In this document: positions 60,554-64,000 of the stretch, piece after piece
Numbering within the stretch: the first letter of the stretch is position 1
Layout of the letters: every line of letters starts with the position of its first letter
Source: Bilabrum cf. latius
Taxonomy: Eukaryota
Assembly: GCA_965178125.1 (NCBI GenBank)
Contig: OZ237741.1
Location: 1 to 64,000, forward strand
Reading direction: 5' to 3'
DNA length: 64,000 nt
Translations under genes and position numbers: made by a program
Notes under the pieces: generated by a model
The model's input: the letters and a program-made list of their open reading frames with translations, nothing else
Databases searched by the model: none
What the model was told of the DNA's origin: nothing

Positions 60554-63078
60554 TCACTTCTTGCGGCGCCTCCTCCCGCCCGCCTTCTTGCTGCCACGCG
60601 CCCCAGAGGAGCCCCCCTTCCCCGAAGATGCCGCCGCCGCCCCAGTCCCAATCTCACCCGCCTCATCCTTCTTCCTCAGATCCAGCTGCTTCTCCACCGC
60701 GCTGCTCACGTCGCCGCCGCTCCCCTGCGCCCCCACGGCCCCAGCCTTGCGCAGCAGGTCGGCGGGCACGGCCTTGCCCAGCGCCTGCGCCTGCAGCACC
60801 TTCTTCCTGGCCTTCTTGATCTCGGCTTCCTGCAGGTGCTTGGGCACCCACCGCTCCCTATTAGGTGGAGGCAGCTCGTCCCCGGGGTCCCTCCCCAGCT
60901 TCTACCGCAGCTAGACCAAGAAGGCCTCCCGCCGACGCGCCCGCCGCCGCAGCACCGTGGTCCTTGTCATTGGCGGCCGGCGCCGCATCCCGGTCCCGCC
61001 CGCCAGCACCGCCTCCACGCCCGCACCCAGCCCCAGCTCACCCGCCACGCTGTCAGTCTCCCCTGCACCACCCCCTTGCGTGCTGCCTGCCGTGCTGCCT
61101 GCCACCGACAGGGTCTCTAGCCCGCCCATCCCGGGGCCTGCGATGCTGCCTGACCGCAGCCACCGGCGAGGCACACCCCCGCGCTCCAGATCCTCCACTC
61201 CGGCCCCCAGCCCTGCCCCCGAAGCAGCTACTACCACCGAGTCCGCGGCCTGCTGCCGGCCCAGCAGCGAGGCCCACGCCCCCGCGAACGAGCGGGCTGC
61301 AGCTGCCACCCGGGCCTCGGCACCGGCAGCCGAGCCGGCCCACGCCTCCGCACACTCGGCCCCTTCCCGAGCCTTGCCCGCCAGCATAGCCACCGTCCCG
61401 CCCACGCGAGCCGCCCCGCGGCCCGAGGCACCGCCCCCGGCACCCTTCGAGGCCTGTGCCAGCACCGCTCCCAGAGCGCTCCCGTCGCCCTCGGAGCTGG
61501 CCGCCTGGGCGCGCGCTGCCACGAGCGCGGGTGCCTGCGACTCCCCCCCCGCGCCCTCCGCCAGCCTCGACAGCTCGGCAAAGGCCTCTCCGTGGTCCCC
61601 AGCTGCCTGCAGAGCCGCGGCCCGAGCCAGCCGCACGCGGGCCGCGCCTCCGTCCACGGCGCCCGCCTGCCCCCGCCGCGCCCCCGCGTGCGCCTGCATG
61701 CCCGCGAACCCCACCCCCGAGCCGCCCCCCGTGGCTCCTCCTTCCTTGGTCGCCAGCGCACGCTCCAGCGTCCGGGCGGCCTCCCTCGCCGCGGCCTCCT
61801 CTGCGCCCTCCCTCTGTGAGGCCTTGCGCCCCGCAGACCGTCGCTTATCGTCAGCCGCCGCAGTGGCCCGCACCAGCCAGGGCATGGCCGCCCCCTCCAG
61901 CTCCAGAGCCAGGGCATCGCCAGCGTCGCTTCCCTTGGACGAAGAGGAGGAAGACGAAGCCTTCCCGCCCTCGGGTCCACTCGTCACACCAAGCAGCTGC
62001 TTGGCCTCCGCCAGAAGCCCGCAGCGGACAGCGGCAGCCGCACCCGCGAGCCGAGCCGCCTGCTGCTGCCCCGGAGTGAGCCTGCCCTGCAGCTTGCTGG
62101 AAGCCAGCAGCCGCGCCTGCCGCACCCCAGCCGCAGCCGCCCTAGAGGGCAGGACCGCCCCGAAGTGCGCGGCCCTGGCCCTGGCCAAAGAGGCCAGCCC
62201 AGGGAGGGAGGCGTCCACGGGCCTCGAGGCCTCGACCTTCTTGAGCATGTCCCGGGCGGCCTCGGCGTATCTGGCCCGGGCCAGCAGCACCCCACGCAGC
62301 AGCCTGGGGAGGGCCAGGCTGCCCTCCACAGTCTTGGGGGCGCTGCCCTTGGCGGCGAGGACAGAGGCGCGGAGGGTGGCGGCCGAGTGGGCCAGGCGGG
62401 CCGCAGCCCGGGGGTCGCGGTCGGCCACGGCGCATGCGCCCGCGTAGGCCGCGTCCCAGTGCTTGGACTGCTCCTCGTCTGCCACCGCCGGAAGGGAGGC
62501 GGTGTCGGCGCCCTTGCCGGCGCACACGAGGGATGCGGACGCGTTGATCTCAATGAGCCTTTCCTGCTCTTCGGAACCTTTCACGATGGCCGCGTATCGA
62601 TCGGCAGCTTCCCTGAACTGCCCGGAGCGGTACAGCGACTGGGCCACGAGGCGGCTCGGGGCTCCGGTCGGTGACTGGTCCTCCGCAGCACCGGCAGCTT
62701 CGATGGCCTCGTCGGACTTACCCAGCTTGTACAACGAGTAGCCTCGCTCAAACTGCAGCGGGACGCCCGCCTTCTCGGCTGCCTGGCAGGCCGAGACAGC
62801 CTCCTGGAATTTCCCCAGCCCAATCAGAACATCAACCTTCGTCGTATGCACGTCCGCATCGGCCGCGTACTTTGCAGTAGCAAGGACTACGAGATAAGCT
62901 CAAGAGAAGCACGGAATACTATAAAACAGTTGGCCCCGATTGCCCTGCATTGCCCAGCAACACCGGCGCCCACGCTCGGGTCCATCTTACGCTAGTTACA
63001 CACAGCGACCGCCCCATCATCATCATTGTCATCAAGACATTGCACCAATTGCTTCAGATCTTCTTCTACTTCAGCCAT
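60554..63078 (-). CDS. SRP72: Signal recognition particle subunit SRP72; one 5' intron
   Basis: N-terminal TPRs (FERGYSLYKLG, AQSLYRSGQF). The C-terminal basic stretch and PPPNRERWVPK motif are reached only across TAG 60911 and 60902; ends TGA. Confidence 0.85.
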
Positions 63079-63204
63079 GCTCTCAGCAGCGCAGAAACCA
63101 GTGCATCAATCGACGAGTGTGAATTTATTCATGAAGTAACGTGCTATTTATCATGTTGCCGCGAAGCGGGACGTGAAGCACCCTAGCACCTGTATAATAA
63201 TAAA

Positions 63205-64000
63205 ATGTTGGCCCGCTTTGCCCGCAGTGCGACCAAGGTGAGTTAAGTTATCGCGTGGTTGTGTTGATTGTCGTCTGTGTTGCCCCGGACTGCCCAGCCA
63301 GCAGGTGGTGCGAAGCGTACCACTGTGATCAATGCGGGCATTGCTGCACGACTGGCAGGTCGGAAGCCTTTAATGTACCCATGCTATGCACTACTACTAT
63401 AATGCTTATTGACTGGCGGGTATGCGCACTCAGTACATGCTGTTCACAGTTCATTTGCCGGGAGGCGTGGCCAGCACACGTCACGTTGTGCACTGGGTCC
63501 GACCTCCCCGCTGGCATGTCGCGTGCGCTGTAACACGCCCTATAGCCAGCCAAAAATGCCTCGTTCGTGTACGTTCAAGAATTTACCTTCGCAGACGATC
63601 CGCCCTATGGCCTCTATGGCCGGTTCCCGCAGGTTTATGTCTGCGCGATCCGTGAGATCCAGGCTGCAAGTGTTCTTGCGACCCACCGTCTCGCGTTATT
63701 GTCCCTACTGGTATTGTCACTGTTTACTACTAGATTGCTCCGCTGGCGCTGCCACGGCACTGGACTCCATGACGGCTCTCCCCAGCAAATTCGTTCGTGA
63801 CTGCCTGTGTTGACCCGCTTGCTCGCCACTTTCGTCTCGCAGGCCCTGACGGAGCGCCTGCACGAGCTGGTTCCCGTGAAGCAGACCGAGCTCAAGGAGA
63901 TGATGGCTGAGCACGGCGACAAGAGCCTGGGTGAGGTGACCGTGCAGCAGGCAGTGGGCGGCGCCCGCGGCATCAAGTGCATGCTGTGGGAGACCTCCCT
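63205..64000 (+). CDS. CS: Mitochondrial citrate synthase, 5' part (2 introns; continues past the window end)
   Basis: Last exon reads HGDKSLGEVTVQQAVGGARGIKCMLWETS; the presequence is encoded by two short exons. Confidence 0.88.

Noticed and set aside
8250-63078. TAG-interrupted genes as pseudogenes or sequencing errors
   Set aside because: Only TAG interrupts; there are no frameshifts or internal TAA, essential genes are affected, and CAG/TAG alternate within a repeat.
1-64000. Suppressor tRNA-Gln(CTA), reverse transcriptase, integrase or virophage/Polinton genes
   Set aside because: Looked for by eye and not found in this window; the only complete tRNA seen is Lys(CTT).

Overview
This is GC-rich, compact eukaryotic nuclear DNA with GT-AG introns and TTAGGG-type telomeric repeats. 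It probably comes from a flagellated heterotrophic protist; a stramenopile or bicosoecid is my inference from gene content. Four things stand out. (1) The nuclear code appears to read UAG as glutamine while UAA and UGA still terminate. Dozens of fragments in the ORF track join in frame across TAG only, and a 42-bp coding repeat alternates CAG and TAG at the same position. (2) A 12.4-14.2 kb island splits a tRNA-Lys(CTT) gene with a 12-14 bp duplicated core. The island carries its own intact tRNA-Lys, whose anticodon stem is compensatorily recoded so that it lacks that core. It also carries satellites and a ~1970-aa orphan gene interrupted by a 2.25-kb TIR element. (3) A selenoprotein K gene ends GGGG-UGA-G-UAA and has a SECIS-like hairpin with a non-canonical core. 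(4) About 5 kb of sequence (minisatellite, orphan gene, 155-bp satellite) lies distal to a ~0.7-kb telomeric tract. Ordinary genes recognised by motif: CS/p23-domain protein, CSN5, HMG-box protein, DIX-like protein, MCU, aldo-keto reductase, RADX-like OB-fold protein, a pseudokinase-Ubl-multi-SPRY protein, Na+/K+-type P-ATPase, gamma-carbonic-anhydrase-like protein, two CEP164-like genes, NSE4, SRP72 and the start of citrate synthase. All calls are by eye; no searches were run.
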